Shown here: positions 1-9,592 of the stretch, one piece after another
Numbering within the stretch: the stretch's first letter is position 1
Layout: each line of letters starts with the position of its first letter
Notes under the pieces: model-generated
Database searches by the model: none
Seen by the model: the letters and a program-made list of their open reading frames with translations, nothing else
Told to the model about the DNA's origin: nothing
From: Tolypothrix carrinoi HA7290-LM1
GTDB lineage: Bacteria; Cyanobacteriota; Cyanobacteriia; Cyanobacteriales; Nostocaceae
Length of the DNA stretch: 38,433 nt
Direction: 5' to 3'
Assembly (NCBI GenBank): GCA_019358935.1
Contig: JAHHIK010000083.1
Coordinates: forward strand, 1 to 38,433
Made by a program: the position numbers and the translations under genes

Positions 1-1
1 A

Positions 2-64
2 ATTGAAGACTTGCTTGATACTTTGCCGGAACCACTAAAAGAAAATATCACGGCGCTTGGTTAA
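2..64 (+). CDS. 3' end of a small gene running in from the left (IEDLLDTLPEPLKENITALG*); possibly a small ribbon-helix-helix-like accessory gene of an IS200/IS605-family element
   Basis: Open frame from position 2 to TAA at 62-64, ending about 20 nt from the IS-type hairpin. The IEDLLDTLP motif resembles, from memory, the C-termini of small cyanobacterial proteins found beside tnpB. Confidence 0.4.
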   Translation: MEDLLDTLPEPLKENITALG

Positions 65-122
65 CCCTGCATCGTAGCTTTCATCCCCTGGCTAAAGCCA
101 AGGGGTTTTCAGCATACCTCTT
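65..122 (-). mobile_element. Left end of an IS200/IS605-family element
   Basis: Minus strand reads TTAT|AAGAGGTATGCTGAAAA-CCCCTTGGCTTTAGCCAGGGG-ATGAAAG: a tetranucleotide target, a 17-nt spacer and a subterminal hairpin (85-105). This is the layout of the IS608 left end. Confidence 0.6.
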
Positions 123-1162
123 ATAATCCCGCCACCCAGGACTTTTTCGCCTTCATACCAAACGGCAGCTTGTCCGGGGGTGATGCTGAACTGGGGTTCG
201 TCAAACACCAAGCGGACTCTATAATCTTCTAGGGGAATGATTGTTGCGGGTACGGGCTTTGAGCGATAGCGAATTTGTACTTCGGCACGAATTGGGGTTG
301 ATGGTTCGGCGATGGAAACCCAGTTTACCCGTTGGACGGTGCATTCTGGCTCGGTGGCTAGAGTGCGATCGCCTACTATCACTTTATTATTCACCGCATC
401 CAACCCGATCACATACAGCGGTTCGGCAGCGGCAATACCTAAACCTTTACGCTGTCCTATCGTGTAATGATGGACACCATCGTGTTGTCCCAGCACTTTG
501 CCGTCACCATCGACGATATCACCTTTTTTCGGTGCTAAATATTTATCTAGAAACGCCCGCATTGAGCCGTTACTTTCTACCAAGCACAAATCTTGACTTT
601 CTGGCTTGTCAGCGGTTTTCAAGTTATATTCAGCGGCGATGCGACGCGTGTCTGCCTTATGTAATTCTCCTAGTGGAAACACCGAAGCAGCAAGTAAATC
701 TTGCGACAAATCGTAGAGAAAATAAGATTGGTCTTTATTGCGGTCTACAGCGCGTAAAAGCTCGTAACGTTTGCTAGCTTCGTTGTAGCTAATTTTGGCA
801 TAATGACCCGTAGCGATGCGATCGCATCCCAATTGTTCGCGGGCATATTGTACCATTGGAGCAAACTTTACAGTTTTATTGCACTGGGAACAAGGCAAAG
901 GTGTAATACCGGCGCTGTAACCAGATACGAGATAATCAACAATGTTGGTTTGAAAGACTTCGCGAATATCAACAACTTGATGGGGAATACCCAATTGTTC
1001 ACAGATATAAGCCGCGTCGATCATACCCTCAGAACAGCACTGACCTTTGCCTTTCATCAGCCAAAGAGTCAAACCAACAACTTCATAGCCTTGATTGTGC
1101 AGGATAGCAGCAGCAGCGGAACTGTCAACGCCACCAGAAAGACCAACGACGACTTTTTTCAT
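92..1162 (-). CDS. mnmA: tRNA-specific 2-thiouridylase MnmA
   Basis: SGGVDS PP-loop, [35 protein letters not shown] and TPGQAAVWY motifs. Confidence 0.97.
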   Translation of the reverse strand: MKKVVVGLSGGVDSSAAAAILHNQGYEVVGLTLWLMKGKGQCCSEGMIDAAYICEQLGIPHQVVDIREVFQTNIVDYLVSGYSAGITPLPCSQCNKTVKFAPMVQYAREQLGCDRIATGHYAKISYNEASKRYELLRAVDRNKDQSYFLYDLSQDLLAASVFPLGELHKADTRRIAAEYNLKTADKPESQDLCLVESNGSMRAFLDKYLAPKKGDIVDGDGKVLGQHDGVHHYTIGQRKGLGIAAAEPLYVIGLDAVNNKVIVGDRTLATEPECTVQRVNWVSIAEPSTPIRAEVQIRYRSKPVPATIIPLEDYRVRLVFDEPQFSITPGQAAVWYEGEKVLGGGIIRGMLKTPWL

Positions 1163-1260
1163 ATCCGTAAATCGAGCTTAGGCAACTTATTCTAAGCTAA
1201 CACTATGTATTTACTACAACGGTTAACTGATTAGTTCCAGTAAAAAATTATCTAGAAATA

Positions 1261-2169
1261 TTGACAGAACTTATGTTAAGTGCAATACCGAGTCAATTAT
1301 ATGAAGGCAGAAGGCAAAAGGCAGAAGTCAGAAGGAAAGAATTTACTTCCTTAGTTTCTTTACTTTCGCTACTTCCCCTACTTTCGGTACTCTTCTACTC
1401 TAACCCAGCACAAGCGCAAATCAATAGCGGCGGCGTTTTGCTTGCTCAACCTTTACCACCACCACCGCCAAACTTGCAACCGATTCCCATTAATCAGCAG
1501 CCATTACCGCAACTTGAACCTGGGCAACAATATGACTACAATTCTCAAACCACCAACCAAACAACCACACCATTACAATATGAGTATGAAAATCAATACC
1601 AAAATCAATACCAAAATCAATATCAATATCAAAACAACCAGAACTTTAATAGATACGTGGTTTATGTCGATAGTAATAATTCTGGACTACTGCAACAAGT
1701 ACGCCGAGTTGAACCCACAGCTTTATTAAGACGATATCAAGGACGTTCTGTAATCCAAGCTGGAACCTTTAGTAAACCAGATAACGCCCAACGTCGCGTC
1801 AGAGAACTGGCAGACAACGGAATCAATCAAGTACGGGTCGTCAGCTTATCTAACGGACAGGAAATACCTGGAGGCTATTCTGGAGGTTATTCTGGAGGCT
1901 ACTCAGGAGGCTATTCTGGAGGCTATTCTGGGAATAATAGAAGTAACTATTACTATGTAGCGATTCCGGCGCGATCGCAAGACTTACCAATAATTGAAGA
2001 CAAAATTAGACGCAACATCGGACAAAGCGCGGCAGTATTGCAAAGAAACCAGCCAAGAGGATCGCATATAGCTGTAGGACCTTTTATTCAACGCGCACAA
2101 GCAGAACAATGGAACAGTTATCTGCGAAATTTAGGCTTCGGTAATGCCAGAGTTTATTACGGAAAGTGA
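1261..2169 (+). CDS. Secreted cyanobacterial hypothetical protein with SPOR-like C-terminal modules and low-complexity linkers; start codon uncertain
   Basis: Hydrophobic segment ending in AQA, Pro/Gln-rich linker, QNQY and GGYS x5 repeats, and IQAGTFS...NAQRRVREL and IAVGPF...AEQWNSYLRNLG modules. Confidence 0.7.
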   Translation: MTELMLSAIPSQLYEGRRQKAEVRRKEFTSLVSLLSLLPLLSVLFYSNPAQAQINSGGVLLAQPLPPPPPNLQPIPINQQPLPQLEPGQQYDYNSQTTNQTTTPLQYEYENQYQNQYQNQYQYQNNQNFNRYVVYVDSNNSGLLQQVRRVEPTALLRRYQGRSVIQAGTFSKPDNAQRRVRELADNGINQVRVVSLSNGQEIPGGYSGGYSGGYSGGYSGGYSGNNRSNYYYVAIPARSQDLPIIEDKIRRNIGQSAAVLQRNQPRGSHIAVGPFIQRAQAEQWNSYLRNLGFGNARVYYGK

Positions 2170-2196
2170 AGTAAAGTTAATAGTTAGAAGTAAAGT

Positions 2197-2301
2197 TAAG
2201 AGTTAGGAGTGAGGAATGAGGAATTAAAACTCCTAACTCCTGTACAGACACGAAATTTCGCGTCTCTACAACTCCTAACTCCTAACTCCTAACTCCTAAC
2301 T
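2197..2301. repeat. STRR-type heptamer tracts (AGTTAGG / AACTCCT) interrupted by a 28-bp GTAG-type palindrome at 2242-2269
   Basis: aactcctaactcct-gtacagacacgaaatttcgcgtctctac-aactcct x4. Confidence 0.85.
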
Positions 2302-2305
2302 AATA

Positions 2306-3934
2306 ATGGCTCGGCAAGAACAAATTTCTCAAATAATAGTTACTGCACAGCAAATGCGCGATATTGAAGCGCGGATCTTTGCTGCTGGAATGCCTGTGGC
2401 TGCTTTAATGGAAAAGGTAGCGGGATTAATTGCCCGTAGAATTCAGGATATCTACTCAAGTGTAAGACAAGGGGGACAAGGGGGACAAGGGGGACAAGGG
2501 GGAGAAGGGGGACAAGGGGGACAGGGGGGAGATAAAGTAAAGCGTGTGGGAATTCTTGTCGGTCCGGGTCATAATGGCGGAGATGCGTTAGTTGTGGCTC
2601 GTGAGTTGCACTTTTGCGGCTATGATGTGGGGATATATTCTTCTTTTTCTAAGCTGAAAGAATTAACTTCGCAACATTTGCAGTACGCTGAGAGTTTGGG
2701 TATCCCCTGTTATGAATCGATAGAGCAACTGTCAGATTGCGATCTGTTGATTGATGGGTTGTTTGGATTTGGTTTGGAAAGAACGTTACAAGATGCGATC
2801 GCTAATACTATAAATCAAATTAATTCTTGGTCTAAACCAGTTGTCAGTATTGATTTACCTTCAGGATTGCACACAGATACAGGTGAGGTGTTAGGGACTG
2901 CGATTCGCGCTACACACACGTTTTGCTTGGGTTTGTGGAAGCTGGGTTTATTGCAAGACCATGCTTTAGAATATGTTGGCAAAGCTGAATTAATCGACTT
3001 TGATATCCCTTTGGCTGATGTGCAAGCTGTTGTGGGAACAAACAGAATTCACCGCATCACTCAAACCACTGCACTTTCAACTTTACCGCTACCGCGTCCC
3101 GCCGTCACCCACAAATATAAGGAAGGTCATTTACTGCTGATTTGTGGTTCGCGACGCTATTCTGGAGGTGCAATTTTAACTGGTTTGGGTGCCAGGGTAA
3201 GTGGTGTAGGAATGCTTTCTATCGCTGTACCCGAATCTCTAAAACCGCTTTTGGTGGCACAATTACCAGAAGCACTAATTATCGGTTGTCCGGAAACGCA
3301 AACAGGTGCGATCGCTTCTTTGCAATTACCCGAAAACACAGACTTGAGTTCATTTAATGCGATCGCCATCGGTCCGGGTTTGACACGAGATGCCACACCG
3401 ATTGTACAACAAGTATTGGAAAGCGATCGCCCTCTAGTTCTCGATGCTGATGGTTTGAATATCCTCGCACAGATGGGAACTATTCCCACTTTACAAAAAC
3501 GACAAGCAGTAACAATTATTACGCCTCATGCTGGTGAATTCAAGCGGTTATTTCCCAATGTCGCCGATCCGATGAAAGACAGAGTGCGTGCTGTGCGCGA
3601 AGCTGCGGTGCAAAGTGGGGCGATAGTATTGTTAAAGGGAGCGAGAACGGCGATCGCTAACTCCCAAAATTCAGTCTGGATTAATCCCCAAAGCACTCCA
3701 GCTTTAGCGCGTGGTGGTAGCGGTGATGTCTTAACGGGAGTACTTAGCGGACTGTTAGCGCAAGCTAAATCTAAGGATATTTCTGTAGAGGAAATTGTCG
3801 CAACTGCTGCTTGGTGGCATTCGCAAGCAGGGATTTTAGCGGCTGGTGAACGCACAGAATTGGGCGTTGATGCTTTTACACTGACAAATTATTTTATACC
3901 TGTTTTGGCATCAGCCTGGAAAGAATTGAATTGA
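2306..3934 (+). CDS. nnr: Bifunctional NAD(P)H-hydrate epimerase/dehydratase (YjeF family)
   Basis: GPGHNGGDA, IDGLFGFG, SIDLPSG, THKYKEGH, IGPGL, LDADGL, ITPHAGEF, LLKG and ARGGSGDVLTG motifs. Confidence 0.95.
   Translation: MARQEQISQIIVTAQQMRDIEARIFAAGMPVAALMEKVAGLIARRIQDIYSSVRQGGQGGQGGQGGEGGQGGQGGDKVKRVGILVGPGHNGGDALVVARELHFCGYDVGIYSSFSKLKELTSQHLQYAESLGIPCYESIEQLSDCDLLIDGLFGFGLERTLQDAIANTINQINSWSKPVVSIDLPSGLHTDTGEVLGTAIRATHTFCLGLWKLGLLQDHALEYVGKAELIDFDIPLADVQAVVGTNRIHRITQTTALSTLPLPRPAVTHKYKEGHLLLICGSRRYSGGAILTGLGARVSGVGMLSIAVPESLKPLLVAQLPEALIIGCPETQTGAIASLQLPENTDLSSFNAIAIGPGLTRDATPIVQQVLESDRPLVLDADGLNILAQMGTIPTLQKRQAVTIITPHAGEFKRLFPNVADPMKDRVRAVREAAVQSGAIVLLKGARTAIANSQNSVWINPQSTPALARGGSGDVLTGVLSGLLAQAKSKDISVEEIVATAAWWHSQAGILAAGERTELGVDAFTLTNYFIPVLASAWKELN
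2467..2529 (+). repeat. Seven in-frame ACAAGGGGG-type nonamers inside nnr
   Basis: Encodes QGGQGGQGGQGGEGGQGGQGG just before the first epimerase beta strand (RVGILVGPG). Confidence 0.9.
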
Positions 3935-3938
3935 TGAT

Positions 3939-4060
3939 GCCAGCCCTCAGGCTGGAAGCCGCTGGCTCTACGAACAAAGCCCGCCTGCGCGGGCTAAAAT
4001 CCTGATAGCCCACCTTCGTGGGCTTTGTATGTGTAGCCGCACCCTTCTAGGGTGTCGGCG
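3939..4060. repeat. REP/REPIN-like cluster of four hairpins arranged as an inverted doublet
   Basis: acaaagcccgc-ctgc-gcgggcta faces tagcccac-cttc-gtgggctttgt; outer hairpins ggct-gga-agcc and caccct-tct-agggtg. Confidence 0.75.
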
Positions 4061-4107
4061 GTGTGGTACAAGATGGATATAATTTTCCATAATCATCATA
4101 AACTATA

Positions 4108-4128
4108 AAGCTAGCTCAGGGCTAGCTT
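4108..4128. terminator. Candidate terminator hairpin between convergent genes
   Basis: aagctagc-tcagg-gctagctt, a perfect 8-bp stem with AT-rich flanks. Confidence 0.4.
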
Positions 4129-4201
4129 AATACAGAATAATTTACATTCTTTTGTGCGATCGCTTTGCACTCCTCTACAGAATTGGTACTCACACGCTAC
4201 A

Positions 4202-4483
4202 TTATCTCCTTGATGATTGAGGTTTTGATGTCGGCTTCAAAAATATCCATGCGACAAAGAAAGTTGCCGCTGTAAATAGTTGCGTTAGATCCAAAGCAGA
4301 TAAATACCCATCAGAAAAAGAAGCAATACTGCGATCGGTTATACCAAATACCCACGATGAAATACCAAACAGCCAAATCCCATTCTTGAGACTTCCCACA
4401 AATTGCTTAGAGTCTGGTGATTGTTCGTTATTCATAATTTCCTGCTTTATTGATGAATCCGATGTCTGAGTAGAAATTTCCAT
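4202..4483 (-). CDS. Small membrane protein with two predicted TM helices, hypothetical
   Basis: 93 aa with ATG start and two hydrophobic aromatic-rich segments (GIWLFGISSWVFGI, LFTAATFFVAWIFL). Confidence 0.75.
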   Translation of the reverse strand: MEISTQTSDSSIKQEIMNNEQSPDSKQFVGSLKNGIWLFGISSWVFGITDRSIASFSDGYLSALDLTQLFTAATFFVAWIFLKPTSKPQSSRR

Positions 4484-4682
4484 ATGTAACTTGTCTGTAT
4501 TTACTTTATATTAATAAATATTTTCTTAACTTGACTAAACTGCCAAAATGTACATCAAAAGATGCTTTTTGATTCGAGTCCTGAAATTCTATACAGGGTA
4601 GTCAGGCATTTTTGTTACAAATACGACTAATATATATAAAAAAATTAACATTTCGTAAAAATAACTCTTTGGATAGATATTT

Positions 4683-4820
4683 TGGGAATGGGGAATGGGA
4701 GTGGGGGAGTGCGAGACAAGGAGACAAGGAGACAAGGAGACAAGGAGACAAGGAGACAAGGAGAATAATTCTTCTTTCCCCCCATCCCCCCCTCTCCTCA
4801 TTCCCCATTCCCCATTCCCA
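4683..4820. repeat. Composite STRR block upstream of uvsE
   Basis: GGGAATG heptamers, about six GAGACAAG octamers, an AT spacer, then a C-rich tract and CATTCCC heptamers (inverted arrangement). Confidence 0.9.
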
Positions 4821-4905
4821 ATCTTGTTTTATGCCCTTAGATACTGATTTTTTCGAGGCAGAATTTAGTTAAATCAAAGAATGGCGATATTATGTAAATT
4901 ATTTA

Positions 4906-5850
4906 ATGACTGCAATCCAGATAAACAATTCATCTAATCTAGAGCAGCGAAAAGCGGTTACGTCTAAGTTAGGGTTGGTGTGTATCACCTTTTCCAAACA
5001 AGTGCGTTTTCGGACGATGACGCGCACGCGATATTTGCAACTGACTCCAGAACAACGTGAAAGCGCTTTGAGAGAACTTTATCGAGATAACTTGCAGCGT
5101 CTGGATACTGGCTTGTCTTTTTGTCAAGAGAATCAGATTCGGCTTTATCGCATGTCGTGTGGTTTGTTTCCTCTTAGTGACATGGAGGATGAAATCGGCG
5201 CACAAATATTAGAGGATATGAGCGCAGATTTAGCGAAAATCGGACAAAAAGCGGCAGAATTAAATATCAGAATGGTGCTGCATCCAGACCAATATGTAGT
5301 TCTCAGTTCTGATTCGCCGGATGTGGTAAAATCAAGTATCAAAATTCTCCAAGGACACGCGCACACGCTTGACTTGTTAGGGTTGCCACAATCCACTTGG
5401 TCTTTGATGAATATTCATGGTGGCAAATCTCAACGCGCAGATCAACTGGTGCGGGTAGTTTCGGAACTACCAGAAAACATCAAAAACCGCTTGACTTTTG
5501 AAAATGACGAATACGCTTACAGTTCTCTTGAAATTTTAGAAGTGTGTCAGCGAACTGGTGTGCCAATGGTATTTGATGCTCATCACCACATTTGCCATGA
5601 AAATTTAGATAGCTATGAAGACCCAAGTGTAGCATCGATGTTTTATGCAGCGCGAGAAACTTGGGCTAATCCAGAGTGGCAATTAGTTCATATTTCCAAC
5701 GGTGAAAACGCTTTTAAGGATAGAAAACACAGCGAATTGATTACCGATATGCCAAGCGTGTATCGCGAAGCACCTTGGATAGAAATTGAAGCGAAACGTA
5801 AAGAAGAAGCGATCGCTCATTTGCGCTCTTGGTGGGTTATGGGAAAATAA
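4906..5850 (+). CDS. uvsE: UV DNA damage endonuclease UvsE
   Basis: LGLVC, IRLYRMS, HPDQYVVLSS, NIHGG, LTFENDE, VFDAHHH, VHISNG and IEAKRKE motifs. Confidence 0.93.
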   Translation: MTAIQINNSSNLEQRKAVTSKLGLVCITFSKQVRFRTMTRTRYLQLTPEQRESALRELYRDNLQRLDTGLSFCQENQIRLYRMSCGLFPLSDMEDEIGAQILEDMSADLAKIGQKAAELNIRMVLHPDQYVVLSSDSPDVVKSSIKILQGHAHTLDLLGLPQSTWSLMNIHGGKSQRADQLVRVVSELPENIKNRLTFENDEYAYSSLEILEVCQRTGVPMVFDAHHHICHENLDSYEDPSVASMFYAARETWANPEWQLVHISNGENAFKDRKHSELITDMPSVYREAPWIEIEAKRKEEAIAHLRSWWVMGK

Positions 5851-5909
5851 TCTCACGCACTCGTAGCAGAGGCACAAAGAGTTCCCTTGCGCGAAATAAT
5901 TAGGAAAAT

Positions 5910-7508
5910 ATGGCGATCGCAATCGATTTTGGTACTAGCAACACAGTTATTGCTCGTTGGAACCCTGTAACCAACAGCGCAGAAACCCTTACTATACCAG
6001 GTTTGTCAGTTCAACAAAGTTTGAACCCACCACTAATTCCCAGCTTGGTTTACGTTGAAGATGCTTCGATTGGACAAGTATTAGTCGGGCAACAAGTACG
6101 CGATCGCGGTTTTGATTTAAGTAGCGAACCGCGATTTTTTCGCAGCTTTAAACGCGGTATTGGTGCAGAAATTCAAGGCTTCTTACCCGAACTTGATGGA
6201 CAAAATATCACCTTTGAGCAAGTAGGGCAATGGTTTCTTTCTCAAGTGATTTCTCAATTAGCACCAATGCAAGGAGGGTTAGATTCTTTAATATTAACCG
6301 TGCCCGTAGATAGCTTTGAAGCTTATCGTCATTGGTTAGGAAAAGTTTGTCAAGCCCTTCCCGTCGAATCTGTGCGAATGCTAGATGAACCCACAGCCGC
6401 AGCTTTGGGTTATGGGATGGTAAACGAAGAAATTCTTTTAGTAATTGACTTTGGCGGCGGAACTTTAGATTTATCTTTGGTACAGTTAGATAAAAGCGTA
6501 CAAAGAACTCAAAAACCAGTCGGTTTTCTGTTGAAATGGGGTAATAAATCTTTAGCCGAAGATTCAAAACAAAAAGTAAAAACTGCCCGCGTATTAGCGA
6601 AAGCTGGACAAAATTTAGGCGGTACTGATATTGATAATTGGTTGGTAGATTACTTTGCCAAAAATCAAGGATTAGCGGTAAGTCCTTTGACAACGCGATT
6701 AGCAGAAAGGATAAAAATTCAACTTTCAACGCAAACTCAAGGAAGCGAAGTTTATTTCAATGATGAGACATTTGAAAGCTATGAATTGGAACTAAATCGC
6801 GATATTTTAGAAAAGATTCTCAAAGAACACTCGTTTTTTGAGTTATTAGATGAATCGATGACGACACTGTTACAGCAAGCGCGACGCCAGGGAATAGAAA
6901 TTGCCGATATAAATGCAGTTTTATTAGTTGGTGGAACAGTACAATTACCAGCAGTGCAAACTTGGGTAAAGCAGTATTTTAGCGAAGATAAAATTCGTTG
7001 CGAACGTCCTTTTGAAGCGATCGCTCAAGGTGCTTTACAATTAGCCCAAGGTGTAGAAATCAAAGATTTTCTTTACCACAGCTACGGTATGCGCTATTGG
7101 GATCGACGCAATAAAAGGCATAGCTGGCATCCTATCATCAAAGAGGGACAGCCTTACCCGATGAATCAAGCAGTAGAATTAGTTTTAGGCGCTTCTGTAG
7201 AAAATCAGCCCAGCATAGAATTAATTATGGGGGAATTAGGAGCAGAAACAGGCGGTACTGAAGTATTTTTTGATGGCGATCGCTTAATTACCCGCCGTCA
7301 GGATAACATACAAACAACCGTCCAACCCCTCAACGATAAAGACGGCGCCAGAACAATAGCCCAACTCACACCCCCAGGATATCCTGGAAGCGATCGCATC
7401 AAAATTCTTTTTCAAGTCGATCAACAGCGCTTTTTACGAATCACAGTTGAAGACTTATTCACACATGAAACCCTCTTAGAAAATCAATTAGTAGCGCAGT
7501 TAAGTTAG
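5910..7508 (+). CDS. Hsp70-family protein (atypical DnaK-like)
   Basis: AIDFGTSNT, EPTAAALGYG, VIDFGGGTLD, LGGTDID, LLVGG and AIAQGA actin-like ATPase motifs; short non-canonical C-terminal domain. Confidence 0.9.
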   Translation: MAIAIDFGTSNTVIARWNPVTNSAETLTIPGLSVQQSLNPPLIPSLVYVEDASIGQVLVGQQVRDRGFDLSSEPRFFRSFKRGIGAEIQGFLPELDGQNITFEQVGQWFLSQVISQLAPMQGGLDSLILTVPVDSFEAYRHWLGKVCQALPVESVRMLDEPTAAALGYGMVNEEILLVIDFGGGTLDLSLVQLDKSVQRTQKPVGFLLKWGNKSLAEDSKQKVKTARVLAKAGQNLGGTDIDNWLVDYFAKNQGLAVSPLTTRLAERIKIQLSTQTQGSEVYFNDETFESYELELNRDILEKILKEHSFFELLDESMTTLLQQARRQGIEIADINAVLLVGGTVQLPAVQTWVKQYFSEDKIRCERPFEAIAQGALQLAQGVEIKDFLYHSYGMRYWDRRNKRHSWHPIIKEGQPYPMNQAVELVLGASVENQPSIELIMGELGAETGGTEVFFDGDRLITRRQDNIQTTVQPLNDKDGARTIAQLTPPGYPGSDRIKILFQVDQQRFLRITVEDLFTHETLLENQLVAQLS

Positions 7509-7660
7509 GGGGAATAGGGAATGGGTAATAGGGAATGGGTAATGGGTAATGGGGAATGGGGAATAGGTAATAGGTAAGATGAAAAAAGCAGATTTCCCCC
7601 TTGTCCCCCTTGTCCCCTTGTCCCCCCCTCCCCCCCTCTCCCCCTCTCCCCCTCCCTCTC
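7507..7660. repeat. Composite STRR block between convergent genes
   Basis: GGGAATR/GGTAATR heptamers, an AT spacer, then CCCCCTTGT nonamers and CCCCTCTC octamers. Confidence 0.9.
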
Positions 7661-8187
7661 TACCTCTGTATAACCACAGAAGTTCCCACCGATGCCCAAT
7701 TGAATAACCATTTAGCATGATTTACTGCCACATTCACACATCCGTGACTAACTGGAGTGCCAAAGCTTCGATGCCAGTTTGCACCGTGAATTCCGTAATT
7801 TCCGTCGTAAAACATTGCATAAGGAACATTAGGAATATCGTAATCATCACCACGCATCCTAGTTTTTTTGTGTTTGGATTGAATCTTAAAAGTACCTGTG
7901 AGAGTGGGGGTAGACTTTTTGCCTGTGGAAACAGCAACAGCATACATAGGTGTTGCCCCTTCCCAAGCTGTTAAACGTTGCTTTGAGAGGTCAATTTGAA
8001 TCCAGCGCTGATTAGATTGTTGTAGCGTTTGGATTTGTTGTGTAATTATTTGGCTTTTTGGTTTTGCCCAAACTTCACCTGACCCAATAGTAACAAAACT
8101 CAAAGTCAATGCAGCACCAGTAGTCAATACTTTTAAGGTACGCAAACAGTTAGAAGAAATCAGACTTTTCATAGCAAATATACTCAA
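7660..8187 (-). CDS. L,D-transpeptidase (YkuD family)
   Basis: IQIDLSKQRL, VSTGK..TPT.TG.F, YGIHG and SHGCVN catalytic motifs; N-terminal signal-like segment. Confidence 0.93.
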   Translation of the reverse strand: MSIFAMKSLISSNCLRTLKVLTTGAALTLSFVTIGSGEVWAKPKSQIITQQIQTLQQSNQRWIQIDLSKQRLTAWEGATPMYAVAVSTGKKSTPTLTGTFKIQSKHKKTRMRGDDYDIPNVPYAMFYDGNYGIHGANWHRSFGTPVSHGCVNVAVNHAKWLFNWASVGTSVVIQR

Positions 8188-8386
8188 TTTCAGTTTTTCA
8201 ACTCATGTTTTGCACCATGCAAGAGCGAATTATATTCGCTGAATGCAAAATATAATTTCAAGGAATTTTTCAGCTTTTAAGTTAAATTCCTCAACATTGC
8301 TGCAATCGGCATGAGTTTTATATAATTTCATCGTAAAGCAACTTTTTTAATTAGTCACTACTCTGAAGTAATAGCAGTGCTGTTTA

Positions 8387-9586
8387 CTAATTTTTATCTA
8401 GTGGCAGGGTAATGATAAACTCTGTTCCTTCTTTTAACTTAGAGTGGCAAGTTAAAGATCCGCCGTGTTTTTCGACTACAATAGAATAGGCGATCGCTAA
8501 ACCTAAGCCTGTACCATTTCCTACGGGTTTAGTGGTAAAAAATTGGTCAAAAATTTTTTGTTTTACATCCTCACATATTCCTACTCCATTATCCGCAATC
8601 CGAATTAAGACACTCTTTTCGTCTGCTGTAAGTTCTGTAGTAATTCTAATTTGTCCTTTTTCTTTAACAAATGATTGTATTGCATCGATGGCATTTGTTA
8701 AGATATTCATAAAAGCTTGGTTAATTAGCCCTGCATAACATTCGACTGAAGGCAAATTAGCGTATTTTTTAACTACTTCGATTTCTGGATGCTTTTGAGT
8801 TTGTTTGAGACGACTGCTGAGAATCATCAGAGTGCTATCAATGCCATCATGCAAGTTTACTGATTTGCGTTCAGCTTCATCTAAGCGAGAAAATATTCGT
8901 AGCGCTCGCACAATTTATTGAATTCGTTCAGTCCCCACTGTCATTGATGATAACAGCTTGCAAAGGTCTTGTTTGATAAAGTCTAGTTCAATTTGTTGAG
9001 AATAATCTTGAATTTATGGAATAGGATTATAGGTATAAACTTCATATAAATGCAGTAATTTCAACAATTGTTCAATATATTGTGCAGCATAATGTAAATT
9101 ACCTTCAAGAAAATTGACGGGGTTGTTAATTTCGTGAGCAACTCCCGCTACTAATTGCCCTAAAGAAGACATTTTTTCTTGCTGTACTAACTTAAGTTGA
9201 GTTTTACGCAATTCTAAATGGACATTAATTCGGGCTAATACTTCTTCATGCTGAAAAGGTTTAGTAATATAATCCACAGCTCCTACTTGCAACCCTTTTA
9301 CCTTATCCACCACATCAGAAAGAGCTGTCATAAAAATCACTGGAATATCCTTGGTTTTTGGATTAGCTTTTAGACGACGACAAGTTTCAAATCCATCAAT
9401 TCCCGGCATCATCACATCTAACAAAATTAATTGCGGTAATTCCTCTTGTGCTTTTTTAAACGCATTTTCACCGTTTTGAGCTACAGAAACACTAAAATTA
9501 GAATAATGTAAAAAATCAACTAATACTTTCAGATTGGTGGGAATATCATCAACAATTAAGATAGTATCTTGTTGAGTATTTAGCAT
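8387..9586 (-). pseudogene. Receiver-HisKA-HATPase hybrid kinase interrupted by two in-frame TAA codons (9014-9016 and 8915-8917)
   Basis: ORFs 9014-9586 (REC, AHEINNP H-box) and 8387-8911 (N, G1, F and G2 boxes) are in the same frame. The bridge reads NPIP*IQDYSQQIELDFIKQDLCKLLSSMTVGTERIQ*IVRALRIFSRLDE. Confidence 0.85.
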
Positions 9587-9592
9587 AAAAAA

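Noticed and set aside
241..1195. Plus-strand ORFs 241-777 and 803-1195
   Set aside because: Antisense to mnmA with no recognisable motifs.
4484..4905. LexA box upstream of uvsE, and the short ORFs 4589-4872
   Set aside because: No convincing RGTAC-N3-DGTWC match seen; the ORFs are translations of the repeat block.
5910..7508. Canonical dnaK
   Set aside because: Only 532 aa, no recognisable DnaK linker or substrate-binding domain and no grpE/dnaJ nearby; left as Hsp70 family.
8915..9016. Genome-wide reassignment of TAA
   Set aside because: Other intact genes in the window (uvsE, Hsp70, DUF1822, DUF928) end at TAA at their expected C-termini.
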